Assembly: GCF_037042905.1 (NCBI RefSeq)
Contig: NC_087250.1
Coordinates: forward strand, 10,976,001 to 11,040,000
Source of the DNA: Lytechinus pictus
Lineage: Eukaryota
Length of the DNA stretch: 64,000 nt
Direction of reading: 5' to 3'
A program made the translations under genes and the position numbers. Of this stretch, positions 63,661-64,000 are shown one piece after another. Position 1 is the stretch's first letter, and the number at the start of each line of letters is the position of its first letter. The notes under the pieces were generated by a model. It was given only the letters and a program-made list of their open reading frames with translations, did no database searches and had not been told where the DNA came from.

Positions 63661-64000
63661 ATGCCAAGACACCACCTAAGTGAAACAGATGTAGCCAGAG
63701 CCCTAGGGATGCTGGAAGCTGGCCTCAGTCAGCGAAGAGTAGCCAGAATGATGGGCGTGTAACACAGTGTCATTAGCAGAGCAAATCAAAGACACCGAGA
63801 GACAGGGCTATACTCCGAGAGACCCCGCAGTGGCCGACCAGTTTCGACAACCCCTAGAGATGATCGCTACTTGACGAATCTCAACCTCCGCAACCGCTTT
63901 CACAGTGCACGCCGCCTCAACAATGACTTCGCTGCAGCAACTGGAGTGATTGTTTCCACTCAAACAATCCGTAACCGACTTCACAGAGCCAATATGCATG
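63661..64000 (+). pseudogene. Tc1 transposase N-terminal paired-like HTH region with an in-frame stop
   Basis: MPRHHLSETDVARALGMLEAGLSQRRVARMMGV*HSVISR...RSGRP..TTPRDDRYL...VSTQTIRNRLH, with TAA at 63760-62. Confidence 0.9.

Larger units (their letters stand above)
62636..64000. mobile_element. Rearranged Tc1 element: minus-strand 3' half fused head-to-head to a plus-strand copy
   Basis: Tc1-type terminus TA|CACTACTCAAAAAAAGTTAAGG at 62634-62657. Minus-strand AATAAA near 62699-62704. Continues beyond the window. Confidence 0.92.

Noticed and set aside
62934..63679. Multiple overlapping ORFs in other frames and strands of the Tc1 region (and similar ones in 49553-52067)
   Set aside because: Shadow ORFs of GC-richer transposon coding sequence with no independent motifs.

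Overview
Eukaryotic, AT-rich, essentially gene-free repeat-dense DNA. An invertebrate such as a sea urchin is suggested by the MITE/SINE/LINE repertoire, but that is inference. Bases 1-19.7 kb are the edge of a ~372-383 bp satellite array with a 4-monomer (~1523 bp) higher-order repeat. The array is interrupted by a 5.7 kb non-coding piggyBac-like element and a 5'-truncated CR1/L2-group LINE. The rest is a deeply nested transposon stack whose order can be read from target-site duplications (TSDs). (i) An EN-RT-CCHC LINE whose 1217-aa ORF is open except for one hAT-type MITE. (ii) A 12.8 kb TGT...ACA long-TIR element with a 5-bp TSD, whose right TIR is split by a 10.1 kb Harbinger-like element with a TAA TSD. 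(iii) A second, inverted piggyBac-like copy. (iv) A CR1/L2-group LINE interrupted by a ~6 kb Ngaro-type tyrosine-recombinase (YR) retrotransposon and two TTAA MITEs. (v) Several foldback MITEs. (vi) A head-to-head inverted-duplicated Tc1 transposase running off the window end. The most unusual signals are the YR retrotransposon's atypical termini and its 7-unit covarying hairpin array, the large transposase-less DNA elements with internally duplicated splice-signal-bearing segments, and the palindromic Tc1. No host protein-coding gene can be supported with confidence. All coordinates and alignments were made by eye.
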